Source of the DNA: an uncultured bacterium
GTDB taxonomy: Bacteria; Babelota; Babeliae; Babelales; Babelaceae
Reading direction: 5' to 3'
Assembly: GCA_963717435.1 (NCBI GenBank)
Contig: OY970332.1
Coordinates: 416,001 to 480,000 of the forward strand
DNA length: 64,000 nt
The position numbers and the translations under genes were made by a program. The notes under the pieces were generated by a model that was given only the letters and a program-made list of their open reading frames with translations, ran no database searches and was not told where the DNA came from. Shown here piece after piece: positions 50,519 to 59,550 of this stretch. Position 1 is the stretch's first letter; every line of letters begins with the position of its first letter.

Positions 50519-51097
50519 ATGAAAAAAACAATCAAAATTTGCATGTTATTAATTATATCTAAGCAGGCAATTGGCATGGACTTTGAGTCCCTCAACGGGG
50601 AAAGAGAAAACCCCAAGCCAGAAATTTCTTCGCGGGAAAAGCGCCCGTATGAACTTATAAATGAACCTGAGTTGACCACCGAAGAAGAAGAACGCGTTAA
50701 TCGCAGAATCGAGATACCAAGACAGATGCTATTTACTTTTATAGAACAAGATTCTTCTGAGTCTATAGATTTAGTAGTCAAAAATTTTCACGTCGAGCTG
50801 GATATAATCGACATGAAAAAAAACAGCCCGCTGGCTTATGCAATTGAAACCGACAAGCTTGTTGCTGTAAAAAAAATCTTAGAATTAGCACTGGCCCTAA
50901 AAGTAGATATCCTTGATGTTGGCGTTCCAAGCCCACGTGAGTTGGCAAAAGACAGGCCAGAAATGGAGAAACTACTTCAGGAGCATGAAAAACTCATGCA
51001 AGCTTCCAAAACCAAAAATCTGGCTCTGAAGCCCATAGCGCCTCAAGCAGAACCTCAAAAAAACCGAAACGGAATCGGGCGTGGAAGAAGAAAATAA
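50519..51097 (+). CDS. Exported ankyrin-like protein with basic C-terminus
   Basis: NSPLAYAIETDKLVAVKKIL; C-terminal RNGIGRGRRK. Confidence 0.7.
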   Translation: MKKTIKICMLLIISKQAIGMDFESLNGERENPKPEISSREKRPYELINEPELTTEEEERVNRRIEIPRQMLFTFIEQDSSESIDLVVKNFHVELDIIDMKKNSPLAYAIETDKLVAVKKILELALALKVDILDVGVPSPRELAKDRPEMEKLLQEHEKLMQASKTKNLALKPIAPQAEPQKNRNGIGRGRRK

Positions 51098-51163
51098 ATA
51101 GACGCGATAATATCAGAAACAAAAAAAAGCAATTTTTTATCAAAACAAACACTTAGGAGTATT

Positions 51164-52150
51164 ATGAAAAAAAGATCGCAATTAAAATTTTATGCACTAA
51201 CTGGAGCAGTTTTTGTATGTTCTAGCATGGCCATGGAAAATCAATCTGCAGAAGGAACAAGTACTAGCAATAACAACAATGCAGAGAAAAAGCCAGACTT
51301 TGATATAAACAAATTTGTGGAGCTGTATAAAGGCGCATATAAAATCGACAAGAATCGTTACGCAAGCGATATAACTGATTTTAAGGCCGCTTTAAATATC
51401 TGGTCCATTTTAAATAAAAAAGAAAATGTGACAGAGGCTCAATTCATGGGGCTTCTTAAAATAATATCGCTTTGGAAACATACGGATGCTAACGAACTAA
51501 ATGATGCCTTTGATTATGTTTTTATTAGTGGGAACAAAGCCAACTCTAATAAATCATCCGGGATATACCAACAGGATTTAGGTATTGAAGAAGCTACACC
51601 GGGATTACGTGAACAAGAGCGTAAACAAAAGCTTCGTGAGATGAAAAACGAAGCAAACAAAAGATTACTAGAAATTTTGGTTGCTAAGGGAGCAGATATT
51701 AATTTCAATAAGGTTCCAGATAATAAAGTTGTAAAAATGTCTTCAAGTTTTTCTAGCCACAGCGGCGGATCTTTACTGCACAGAGCTGCAAGAGAAAATT
51801 CTGTTGATTGGATAAATTTCTTGATCGACAAAATGGGCGCTGATATTAATAATAAAGACATAAAACATAGAACGCCTATCGTGATAGCTTGTAAAGGGAA
51901 TAATCTTGAAGCTGTTGAAGCTTTATTAAGCCGCAAAAATATTGATATAAATCTTGCTGATTCAGATAAACATACGCCATTATATTGGGCAGTTAAAAAT
52001 GAAAACTTCGATATGACAGAGTTGCTACTTGCTAATGGGGCAAAATTAGAACAGGCAGAAGATAGTGATATGGAAGAGAGAGAAGAAAAAGAAGAAGTTA
52101 AAAAAACTTCTAAAAAATCAGGTTTTTGGTCTCTTTTTGGATTCAAATAG
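51164..52150 (+). CDS. Exported ankyrin-repeat protein
   Basis: GSLLHRAA, GADINNKD..RTPIVIAC and HTPLYWAV; TAGGAG RBS. Confidence 0.88.
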   Translation: MKKRSQLKFYALTGAVFVCSSMAMENQSAEGTSTSNNNNAEKKPDFDINKFVELYKGAYKIDKNRYASDITDFKAALNIWSILNKKENVTEAQFMGLLKIISLWKHTDANELNDAFDYVFISGNKANSNKSSGIYQQDLGIEEATPGLREQERKQKLREMKNEANKRLLEILVAKGADINFNKVPDNKVVKMSSSFSSHSGGSLLHRAARENSVDWINFLIDKMGADINNKDIKHRTPIVIACKGNNLEAVEALLSRKNIDINLADSDKHTPLYWAVKNENFDMTELLLANGAKLEQAEDSDMEEREEKEEVKKTSKKSGFWSLFGFK

Positions 52151-52186
52151 TGAAAAAAAGAAGCTAAAATAAATGTGATTGGTCTC

Positions 52187-52214
52187 AAACAGCTGGTAAT
52201 ATTACCAGCTGTTT
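52187..52214 (+). terminator. Perfect 28-bp palindrome / terminator
   Basis: AAACAGCTGGTAATATTACCAGCTGTTT. Confidence 0.7.
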
Positions 52215-52268
52215 GTCTTTAAAGACTTAAAATGTTGGCGAAAAATATCTTTTATTTTAAGGTTTAAT

Positions 52269-52296
52269 TTGACAATAATGCTGCTTGTGATACTTT
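52269..52296 (+). promoter_or_regulatory. Probable tRNA promoter TTGACA-16-TACTTT
   Basis: Perfect -35 just upstream of the tRNA. Confidence 0.5.
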
Positions 52297-52310
52297 AAAA
52301 GTAATTAATT

Positions 52311-52386
52311 GCGGGAATAGCTCAGCTGATAGAGCGTTGCCTTGCCAAGGCAAAGGTCGCGGGTTTGAATCCCGTTTCCCGCTCCA
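52311..52386 (+). tRNA. tRNA-Gly(GCC)
   Basis: Acceptor GCGGGAA/TTCCCGC, anticodon arm TTGCC-TTGCCAA-GGCAA, T arm GCGGG-TTTGAAT-CCCGT, encoded TCCA end. Confidence 0.95.
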
Positions 52387-52489
52387 TACTGCGCTTATCC
52401 ACGCCTTCCGGCTTGGCAAGCTTCGTATGGCAGGCCATACTACGTTTTATTTGGACCTACAGGCTCGGCAAACTACGTAGCCTGGACCA
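52384..52489. repeat. Two tandem hairpin modules downstream of the tRNA, related to the element's CGNAG cassettes
   Basis: CCATACTGCGCT...GGCAAGCTTCGTATGG then CCATACTACGTT...GGCAAACTACGTAG. Confidence 0.6.
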
Positions 52490-52678
52490 CTTTCAATTAA
52501 GAAGTAATTCTTTAGGCAAATCTTCGAAAACAATAAACCCCACTCCTAGAGATTAAAACAAGTCATCAAGAACCAACCATTATCCAAATATTTTTATACA
52601 TGTTAATATATTAACAATTACAAATTACGTTTTATTAAAACTTATGTTTATTATTTAAACCTATATAGGCAAAAAAAT

Positions 52679-53404
52679 ATGAAATCTATCATGGAAGAAG
52701 GTTCATCCATATCAAAAGCAATAGAAAAGGGATGGATCAAGGCAGGAAGCCCGAAAGAATTCTCTGTAAAAATTTACGAAGATGCAGAAAAGAACTTCTT
52801 TGGAATGACATCAAAACCAGCAAAAATTGGTATTTTCTTTGATGAGGGCAGAGAAAGAAGATACGATCACGAACAAAATAAGCCGTATTCTCAGAAACAA
52901 AACCCGCCCCAAAAGCAACATCAACAAAAGCAAGCGGGTCAGCAGCAAGCAAAGCCGAAGCATGCGCAAGAGAGCCAAAAACAAAGCCCAGGGTATAAGA
53001 TCCCATTAGAGGTTCAGGCTCCAAAGCAAAAGCCCGTTGCAAAAATTTCCCAAAGTCAGGAACAAATCAAGCAAGCCAAAGAAGCAAATCTTAGACCAAT
53101 TGTGAACCAAGTAATTTCAGAGCCGCAAAAGCCTCTATGGACCCAGGATATGATTACTGCAGCAACAGACTGGCTTAATAACATGTTGTCACACACAGAA
53201 TATTCTAACGTAAAATTTAGTATAAATTCTGATAAATATTATCTTAAGGTTAATTTTGCATCCCCAATCTGCCAAGACTTAACAAAAGAAAGACAGCTTT
53301 TTGCAGGAATAGCTTTGTTGTTGATGCAGAGTATTAAGAAAAAATTCGATAACCCGTTTAAAGGGTACAAAGTTATTTTGATGAGAAATGAAATCAATTC
53401 ATAG
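52679..53404 (+). CDS. jag: Jag/EloR (KhpB)-like protein: Jag_N domain, Q/K-rich linker, degenerate KH, no R3H
   Basis: EEGSSISKAIEKG..KNFFGMTSKPAKI; directly upstream of and overlapping mnmE. Confidence 0.75.
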   Translation: MKSIMEEGSSISKAIEKGWIKAGSPKEFSVKIYEDAEKNFFGMTSKPAKIGIFFDEGRERRYDHEQNKPYSQKQNPPQKQHQQKQAGQQQAKPKHAQESQKQSPGYKIPLEVQAPKQKPVAKISQSQEQIKQAKEANLRPIVNQVISEPQKPLWTQDMITAATDWLNNMLSHTEYSNVKFSINSDKYYLKVNFASPICQDLTKERQLFAGIALLLMQSIKKKFDNPFKGYKVILMRNEINS

Positions 53405-54914
53405 TCTTGACGATCAAACTATAATAGCACAGTGCACCCCGACAGGAAGCGGCGCTATAGCTCTTTTGAGACTATCGGGCATCGATGCCAAAGAAATAGC
53501 TGACAAATTTTGTAGACTACCTGACGGAAAATCTATCTTAGAAAAATCGTCCCATACGATTCACTATGGTTATGTAGTAAGTAACAAAGCTATAAAAAAT
53601 TTACGCGGACCGCTCGCCCCGCCGTGTCCGGCGAAGTCTTGCACGAAGCCTGGAAGTGTTCTACGAAGCTTTAGCGAAGTAGAATGTATCGAGGGGTCGA
53701 CACAACAAGACTTTTCTGAAAATGTTATAGACCGGGTTATGATAATTATCATGAACGGCCCGAGAACGTTTACGGGACAAGATACCGTCGAGATTACCTG
53801 CCATAATAATCAGTTTTTGATCGAATCTATAATCAATCAAGCGATAGTTGCCGGAGCAAGACTTGCCCAAGAAGGGGAATTCTCAAAAAGAGCTTTTTTG
53901 AGTAAAAAATTAGATCTTTTGCAGGCAGAAGCAATAAACGAACTTATCGGCGCAAATACACAATTAGCTTTAAAAAAATCACTTTCCCAGCTTGATGGAA
54001 GCTTTTCAAACTGGGTAAACCAAATAGAATCAGGTTTGATTAGAACTTTGGCCTTTTGTGAAGCAAGCTTTGAATTCTTGGACGAAGAGCATGAGTTTGG
54101 CGAAAAAATCAAAGCCGATTTACTTGCTATTATAAAAAAAATAGAAAAAATCAGATCTATTTTTGATCAGCAACAGCAAATAAGAACTGGAATAAAAATT
54201 GCACTTATAGGCTCAGTAAACGCCGGAAAGTCTTCGATATTTAATTCTCTTTTGGGTCAAAAACGGGCAATTGTTACTAATATCGCAGGAACAACAAGGG
54301 ATTCTATAGAAGCTGGGCTGACAAAAAATGGCAACTTCTGGACAATTGTTGATACTGCGGGCCTGAGAGAGACAGATAACGTTATCGAACAAGAGGGTAT
54401 AAAAAGATCTTTGGAAGAGGCCCAAAAAGCAGATATAATTTTATTGGTTTTTGATGGATCTCAAGAACTCAAACAAGAGACCGCTGATATATATTTAGAA
54501 ATATTAAATAAATATAAAAACAAAGTAATAATAGTTAAAAATAAGATCGACCAAGATACTAACCCCGATAATAAAATTTTGCTCAATGGGGATATAAATA
54601 ATAAATATATCGAAGTCTCAAGTTTAAACAATATTGGCATAGAAAGCCTTGAAACAGCTATTCAAAGCAAAATCGATAAGCTTCTTGGCGCCGTAGATTC
54701 TCCATTTTTATTAAACAAAAGACAATCAAACTTATTATTTGGCCTAGAAGGCAAACTTAAAAAAATAGTTTTAAGCCTTGATGGCCAAATTCAATATGAG
54801 TTACTGTCTTACGACCTTAAAGACGCAATTGCTTATTTGAGCGAACTAACCGGAAAATCTGTAAGCGAAGCTGGCATGAACGCTGTCTTTAAAGAGTTTT
54901 GCGTCGGAAAATAA
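53388..54914 (+). CDS. mnmE: tRNA modification GTPase MnmE with an in-frame repeat-derived insertion
   Basis: TIIAQCTP.GSGAIALLRLSG, PRTFTGQD, GSVNAGKSS, AGTTRD, DTAGLRE and FCVGK. Confidence 0.97.
   Translation: MKSIHSLDDQTIIAQCTPTGSGAIALLRLSGIDAKEIADKFCRLPDGKSILEKSSHTIHYGYVVSNKAIKNLRGPLAPPCPAKSCTKPGSVLRSFSEVECIEGSTQQDFSENVIDRVMIIIMNGPRTFTGQDTVEITCHNNQFLIESIINQAIVAGARLAQEGEFSKRAFLSKKLDLLQAEAINELIGANTQLALKKSLSQLDGSFSNWVNQIESGLIRTLAFCEASFEFLDEEHEFGEKIKADLLAIIKKIEKIRSIFDQQQQIRTGIKIALIGSVNAGKSSIFNSLLGQKRAIVTNIAGTTRDSIEAGLTKNGNFWTIVDTAGLRETDNVIEQEGIKRSLEEAQKADIILLVFDGSQELKQETADIYLEILNKYKNKVIIVKNKIDQDTNPDNKILLNGDINNKYIEVSSLNNIGIESLETAIQSKIDKLLGAVDSPFLLNKRQSNLLFGLEGKLKKIVLSLDGQIQYELLSYDLKDAIAYLSELTGKSVSEAGMNAVFKEFCVGK
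53610..53696 (+). repeat. Palindromic element half-copy G inside mnmE (87 bp, 29 codons)
   Basis: CCGCTCGCCCCGCCG..CCGGCGAAGTCTTGCACGAAGCCTGG.AGTG[hairpin]TGTATCGAGGGG; matches the reverse complement of 61126..61212. Confidence 0.92.
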
Positions 54915-55037
54915 TCTGGTCAACAATTTTAAAATTATTCTAAAAAACTACCCAACTGTTGATATAAAAAACGAAATTTCTCTATTGTAATTTATGGGAC
55001 TCAGTGTCTGTTTTTAAATTTATTATAGGAGCTTGTA

Positions 55038-55964
55038 ATGAAAATATATTATTTAAATAATATATTCTGGAGATTAATAATAATTAATTTTATTTCGGCC
55101 GGATTATTATTTTCAGCATCTCAACAAGAAAATATCGAAAAATCAGATTTAGAATTATCCAAAATGGACGATTACTTCAGAGTGTACGATTCCTATAGAC
55201 GTCTCTGGCCCCTGAGTCTAAGATACGGAGATATTCCCCCAAATAGCAGATACAAGTCTTGGGACTATTCTTTTAAGCTAATAGACGCTATCAAATTTTA
55301 TGAAATATTATACAAACATTTTACTGATTGGAAAGCTCTTCATGGAGGTTATGGACACATTGATATTTACATAATTAATGAAAATACAAATAAATTTTTA
55401 GAAAAAACATACATGGATTCGCTAAGTTATTATTTGATTCAAAAAATTATACAAACTCCAATCGATCCTTATAAGCTAAATAACGTATACAAATACCGTG
55501 CTGTAGGGCAAATATGGGGATACTACGCCCAGCATATACGCTGGGCCATCGAAGAATATATAAAGAAAAATAATTTTTTTCCGCAAGAACAAGACCGTAC
55601 AAAAAAGCCTGCCCCTAAAAAAACTGCTTCTGAAACACCGCATTCAACAATAACACCCTACTATATACTTGGAATCCCGGACAAAGCAACTGACGCTCAA
55701 ATACTTGGTTTAACTCAGGAACAGTCAAGAAATAAAGCAACTGTAAAAAAAGCGTACAATAAATTATCGCTGATCTGGCACCCTGATAGGCTAATGGAAA
55801 TGACTAACACGGTTGCAAAAGCAAAATATTCTAGCCCAGAACTTTTAAAAGCTTTTGGACCCGATCCTGATGACAAAAAAATCCCTGATCGCAAAAAAGT
55901 CAGAGCTTTATCAGAAGAAGTGTTCAAGCTTATTGCTAACGCTTATCAGAGATTAACATCTTAA
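55038..55964 (+). CDS. Exported protein with C-terminal J (DnaJ) domain
   Basis: PYYILGI..VKKAYNKLSLIWHPDR..FKLIANAYQRL; hydrophobic N-terminus. Confidence 0.8.
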   Translation: MKIYYLNNIFWRLIIINFISAGLLFSASQQENIEKSDLELSKMDDYFRVYDSYRRLWPLSLRYGDIPPNSRYKSWDYSFKLIDAIKFYEILYKHFTDWKALHGGYGHIDIYIINENTNKFLEKTYMDSLSYYLIQKIIQTPIDPYKLNNVYKYRAVGQIWGYYAQHIRWAIEEYIKKNNFFPQEQDRTKKPAPKKTASETPHSTITPYYILGIPDKATDAQILGLTQEQSRNKATVKKAYNKLSLIWHPDRLMEMTNTVAKAKYSSPELLKAFGPDPDDKKIPDRKKVRALSEEVFKLIANAYQRLTS

Positions 55965-56061
55965 GCTGATATTTAGAAAAATTTTTAAAGCAACCACAAG
56001 GGAAAAAATTGTGAATTTAAACAATAAGAAACTTTGATAGTTTAGAAAAAGGGGAAAAATA

Positions 56062-56952
56062 ATGAAAAAAATAACCATAATTTTATTATTCATAATATGT
56101 TTAGCTAAAAAACCAATTTATGGCGACGAACTAAGTGATTTGAAAAAAGAAAAAGAAAAATTGGAAGCAAATCTTTCTCCGGAAAATTCTGTCTTATTAA
56201 ACAAGACAATAAATAATTTAACCGAAAAAGATAAAGATGATTTCTTGAGAACTATGACCAAAATAACAGAATTCGTAGAAAGAACAAAATCAGGAGATTT
56301 TACTAAGTTATTTGAAAAAGATATATCTCCTATATCAAATAATATATTTGAATTAGCTAAAGAATTAAAAGAATTGGTTCAAGAAATCGATTCAAGTTCA
56401 TATAGTTCCCATTCGGAAGAATTGGAAAAATTTGAAAAGAAATTATTAATTTTTGAAACACTGCTAAATACAATTAAAAAAAATGGCAACATAATAGTCA
56501 TAGATAATAAAAAAAAATTAGCCAAAGAAATCTTTTATTCGGTGATCCAATTTTTTAATGAGTTTATAGCCAGGGCAAAAGAATTTCCCCAAGGATTACA
56601 TAAGACATTTTATGTTTTTGGCAAAGAAAAAAATAGATTAACAGATAGTATAATTGGAAGAATGACAGACATTCCTATTTTAGAAATTGTTAAAACTTAT
56701 AAAATATTACTAGAACTGAGCAAAGAAAAGAACTACCAACAAGAGATTAGCAAAGTATTTGATCAAAATGCTCTAGATGATAAAAAAACAAGACCTTTTA
56801 GGATATTGCATTATATTGTAAACTATAAAAAACAGGGAGGCATAATTCTCAAGGATGAAGATTCGATCAAAATGTATTATGAAAATATAAGTCCAGTCAT
56901 AAATAAAGTTTTAATGCAACAGGGCTATATAAGTATCCCGCTAAACAAATGA
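56062..56952 (+). CDS. Hypothetical exported helical protein
   Basis: MKKITIILLF signal peptide; K/E-rich coiled coil. Confidence 0.6.
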   Translation: MKKITIILLFIICLAKKPIYGDELSDLKKEKEKLEANLSPENSVLLNKTINNLTEKDKDDFLRTMTKITEFVERTKSGDFTKLFEKDISPISNNIFELAKELKELVQEIDSSSYSSHSEELEKFEKKLLIFETLLNTIKKNGNIIVIDNKKKLAKEIFYSVIQFFNEFIARAKEFPQGLHKTFYVFGKEKNRLTDSIIGRMTDIPILEIVKTYKILLELSKEKNYQQEISKVFDQNALDDKKTRPFRILHYIVNYKKQGGIILKDEDSIKMYYENISPVINKVLMQQGYISIPLNK

Positions 56953-57090
56953 AGCGCTCGCCGGCTTTTAAGCCGGTGTATCGCGCGAAATTACGCCATA
57001 GCCAAACCCACCTACGCTAGGGCCACGGCGTGGTTCTTGTCGCCTGCATCCACGGGCTAAAGACCCGCGGTTTTTGCGACGGCGAATAAA
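56951..57090. mobile_element. Possible non-autonomous IS200/IS605-like end remnant (PATE-like) with an embedded hairpin cassette
   Basis: GAAGC..GCCGGCTTTTAAGCCGGTG and ATCCACGGGCTAAAGACCCGCGGTTTT subterminal-type hairpins; no transposase. Confidence 0.45.
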
Positions 57091-57109
57091 ACAGGATTTA
57101 ATTAATAGA

Positions 57110-57137
57110 ATTGGGGCAGTTTTAAAACTGCCCCAAT
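57110..57137. terminator. Perfect 28-bp palindrome / terminator
   Basis: ATTGGGGCAGTTTTAAAACTGCCCCAAT between convergent genes. Confidence 0.75.
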
Positions 57138-57164
57138 CTGTATAGATCTATAATTAAAGTTTTT

Positions 57165-57776
57165 TTACTTAGCTTCTAAAACGTAAGACTCAACTCTTCT
57201 GTTTGGAGCCTGTTGTTCACGCTTTCCACCGGCAACTATTGGCATCTCGCAACCACGTCCCACGGTTTTGATCATAGACTTTTTAACGCCATTTCTAATT
57301 AAGTGTCTTGCAACTGTTTTAGCACGTTTTTCAGACAACATCATGTTATAAACCGCTGACCCGGCACTGTTACATGCGTGACCCTCGATCACAACAGTTT
57401 TGCCTTTAGAAGTTAGATCTTTGATAATTTTAGTATCTGCATCTAATTGTGCTTTTTGGTCATCCCTAATATTGTGCTTATCAAAGTCGAAATAGATCGT
57501 CTTTAGACCATACTTGGCTGAATCTTTGTGGTCATCGACCATTAGCGACGTGCTTTCAGATTCATCAAGCATCAGATTTTCTTGGCCCGATTCTGGGTTT
57601 AGGGCGTTAACATCTTCTTCAAGAACAAATGCTTCTAAATCTTCATCGTAGATCTTTTTTTCACCTTGGGCATATCCGGATTTTGATTTTTCTATATCTG
57701 TAGACTTGGTTTGCTTTTTGCCGCAGCCAGATAAAACAAGACAAACTGCCAACAATTTAAGACTGTTAGTTTTCAT
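57165..57776 (-). CDS. pal: Pal/OmpA-family peptidoglycan-associated lipoprotein
   Basis: Lipobox LSGC after MKTNSLK; IYFDFDK, IEGHA, YNMMLSEKRA and NRRVE. Confidence 0.88.
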   Translation of the reverse strand: MKTNSLKLLAVCLVLSGCGKKQTKSTDIEKSKSGYAQGEKKIYDEDLEAFVLEEDVNALNPESGQENLMLDESESTSLMVDDHKDSAKYGLKTIYFDFDKHNIRDDQKAQLDADTKIIKDLTSKGKTVVIEGHACNSAGSAVYNMMLSEKRAKTVARHLIRNGVKKSMIKTVGRGCEMPIVAGGKREQQAPNRRVESYVLEAK

Positions 57777-58018
57777 AATAAGTGCTTCCCAGGGTTTAAA
57801 TGCTTGTATATATATTTTACTTGGGGGCAAATGTAACATATTTTTAAGCTGTTTTCTACAAAAATTGATTATTGTGGTATATTAAGTTTATAACTGTATA
57901 GGGGTCAGGAAAAATATTTATTGGACGTAGATAACGGCCCACAGTAAAAATTATAAAAAATTATAATAAATAATAACGAGCTTAAAAAGCTCATAAACAA
58001 CTTAAAAAATTAAAAAAT

Positions 58019-59530
58019 ATGAAGAAAATTTTAATAAACTATACACCCTGGCAAACCAGGGTTGCTATAACCCGTGATGACGAACTCCAAAACATATACT
58101 TCTGGTCCCATGCGACTGAGAGCCTGGAAAGAAGCTTTTTCAAGGGAATAATTACAAAAATATTGCCTGGGATCCAAACGGCATTTGTTGATATTGGCCA
58201 AGAAAAAGCAGGCTTTTTACATATCTCTGAGATTGACCGCGAAATGGCTGCCCATAAGATGGGCGGTTCGGATCTTGAAGAGATCGATGAAGATGAAACA
58301 CCGGTTGTAAAGGATATCGGCCGCCACCAGATGGATATCAGTAAGATTTTAAACGAAAATGAGCCGATTCTGGTTCAGGTTGCAAAAGAGCCCATATCTG
58401 AAAAAGGGGCAAAACTAAGCACATGTTTTACCCTTCCTGGTAGATTTATAGTTTTAATGCCAAATATCCCACGAATCGGGATCTCAAAAAAAATAGAATC
58501 CCCTGAAGAGCGTACGCGCCTAAAAACTTTGGTAAAAGAAAATTTGCCTTCTGGGATGGGTGCGATCATACGAACAACTTCAGAAAATAAACCTGATGCT
58601 GAAATTCTAAAAGATTTAAAATATCTGACCAGCACCTGGGACACGATATTAGAAAAATATAAAACTGCCCAGCCAAAAGAGAAGATTTACGAAGATTTAC
58701 CACTTTCTCTGCAGGCTGTAAGAGATCATCTTGATAATGACGTTGAACTTGTGATAACTGATAGCAAAGAAAATCATAGTCAGATTTATAAGTTTGTTAA
58801 AGGAATATCGCCTGAACAGGCCCATAAAGTTGTATTTTACGAAGGGCCCCCAAGTTTATTTGAAAAATATGAAATCGAAAAGCAGATAGAGCAGGCTCTA
58901 CAAAGAAAAGTAAACTTAAAATCTGGTGGTTCTATTGTTATAGAAACAACGGAAGCTATGACCGTTATAGACGTTAATACCGGCAGATATATTGGGCAGT
59001 CAAATCTTGAAGACACTATATTTAAAACAAATATGGAAGCAGCTGAAGAGATTGTAAGACAATTAAGATTGAGAAATATTGGTGGTCTTATAGTAATCGA
59101 CTTTATTGATATGGCCACCGGTAACGCTCGACAAAAGCTGTTCAGATATTTGGAAAAAACTTTAAAAGAGCGCGACAAGTTTCAGTCTGTTGTCTTAAAA
59201 GTTTCTGAATTTGGTTTAGTACAGATGACAAGAAAAAGATCTGGAAAAACACTTTCAAGAGAGCTTACCGATACATGCAAAAATTGCCATGGAACGGGCT
59301 TTGTTAAATCGATGCAAGCGGAAAGTTATGAAATATTAAATGATATTAAACAGGATTTAGAAAAGAGAACTATTTCTGGTTCAATAAATCTTGAAGTTGA
59401 TCCCGCTGTCTTTAATTATATTACTACAATAGAATACAACGCTATATTATATTTAGAAAAAAATTATCACTGCAAGATTACACTTGTAAGCAAAGTACAA
59501 AGTGGAAAATCTAATTATACTGTGTCTTAA
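58019..59530 (+). CDS. rng: Ribonuclease E/G family (RNase G length)
   Basis: AFVDIG.EKAGFLH, VQVAKEP, VIDVNTG, IGGLIVIDFIDM, FGLVQMTRKR and CKNCHG. Confidence 0.93.
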   Translation: MKKILINYTPWQTRVAITRDDELQNIYFWSHATESLERSFFKGIITKILPGIQTAFVDIGQEKAGFLHISEIDREMAAHKMGGSDLEEIDEDETPVVKDIGRHQMDISKILNENEPILVQVAKEPISEKGAKLSTCFTLPGRFIVLMPNIPRIGISKKIESPEERTRLKTLVKENLPSGMGAIIRTTSENKPDAEILKDLKYLTSTWDTILEKYKTAQPKEKIYEDLPLSLQAVRDHLDNDVELVITDSKENHSQIYKFVKGISPEQAHKVVFYEGPPSLFEKYEIEKQIEQALQRKVNLKSGGSIVIETTEAMTVIDVNTGRYIGQSNLEDTIFKTNMEAAEEIVRQLRLRNIGGLIVIDFIDMATGNARQKLFRYLEKTLKERDKFQSVVLKVSEFGLVQMTRKRSGKTLSRELTDTCKNCHGTGFVKSMQAESYEILNDIKQDLEKRTISGSINLEVDPAVFNYITTIEYNAILYLEKNYHCKITLVSKVQSGKSNYTVS

Positions 59531-59550
59531 AAATTATTTAGGAACTCAAC

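Noticed and set aside
51514-52188. 224-aa minus-strand ORF and similar antisense ORFs (50016, 36083, 36410, 58837, 29789)
   Set aside because: They overlap well-supported genes on the opposite strand and have no recognisable motifs
52365-52556. 63-aa ORF after the tRNA
   Set aside because: It starts inside the tRNA and runs through hairpin repeats
53610-53696. mnmE insert as an intein or self-splicing intron
   Set aside because: Far too short, lacks the intein C-terminal His-Asn and group I/II intron features, and matches the intergenic repeat family
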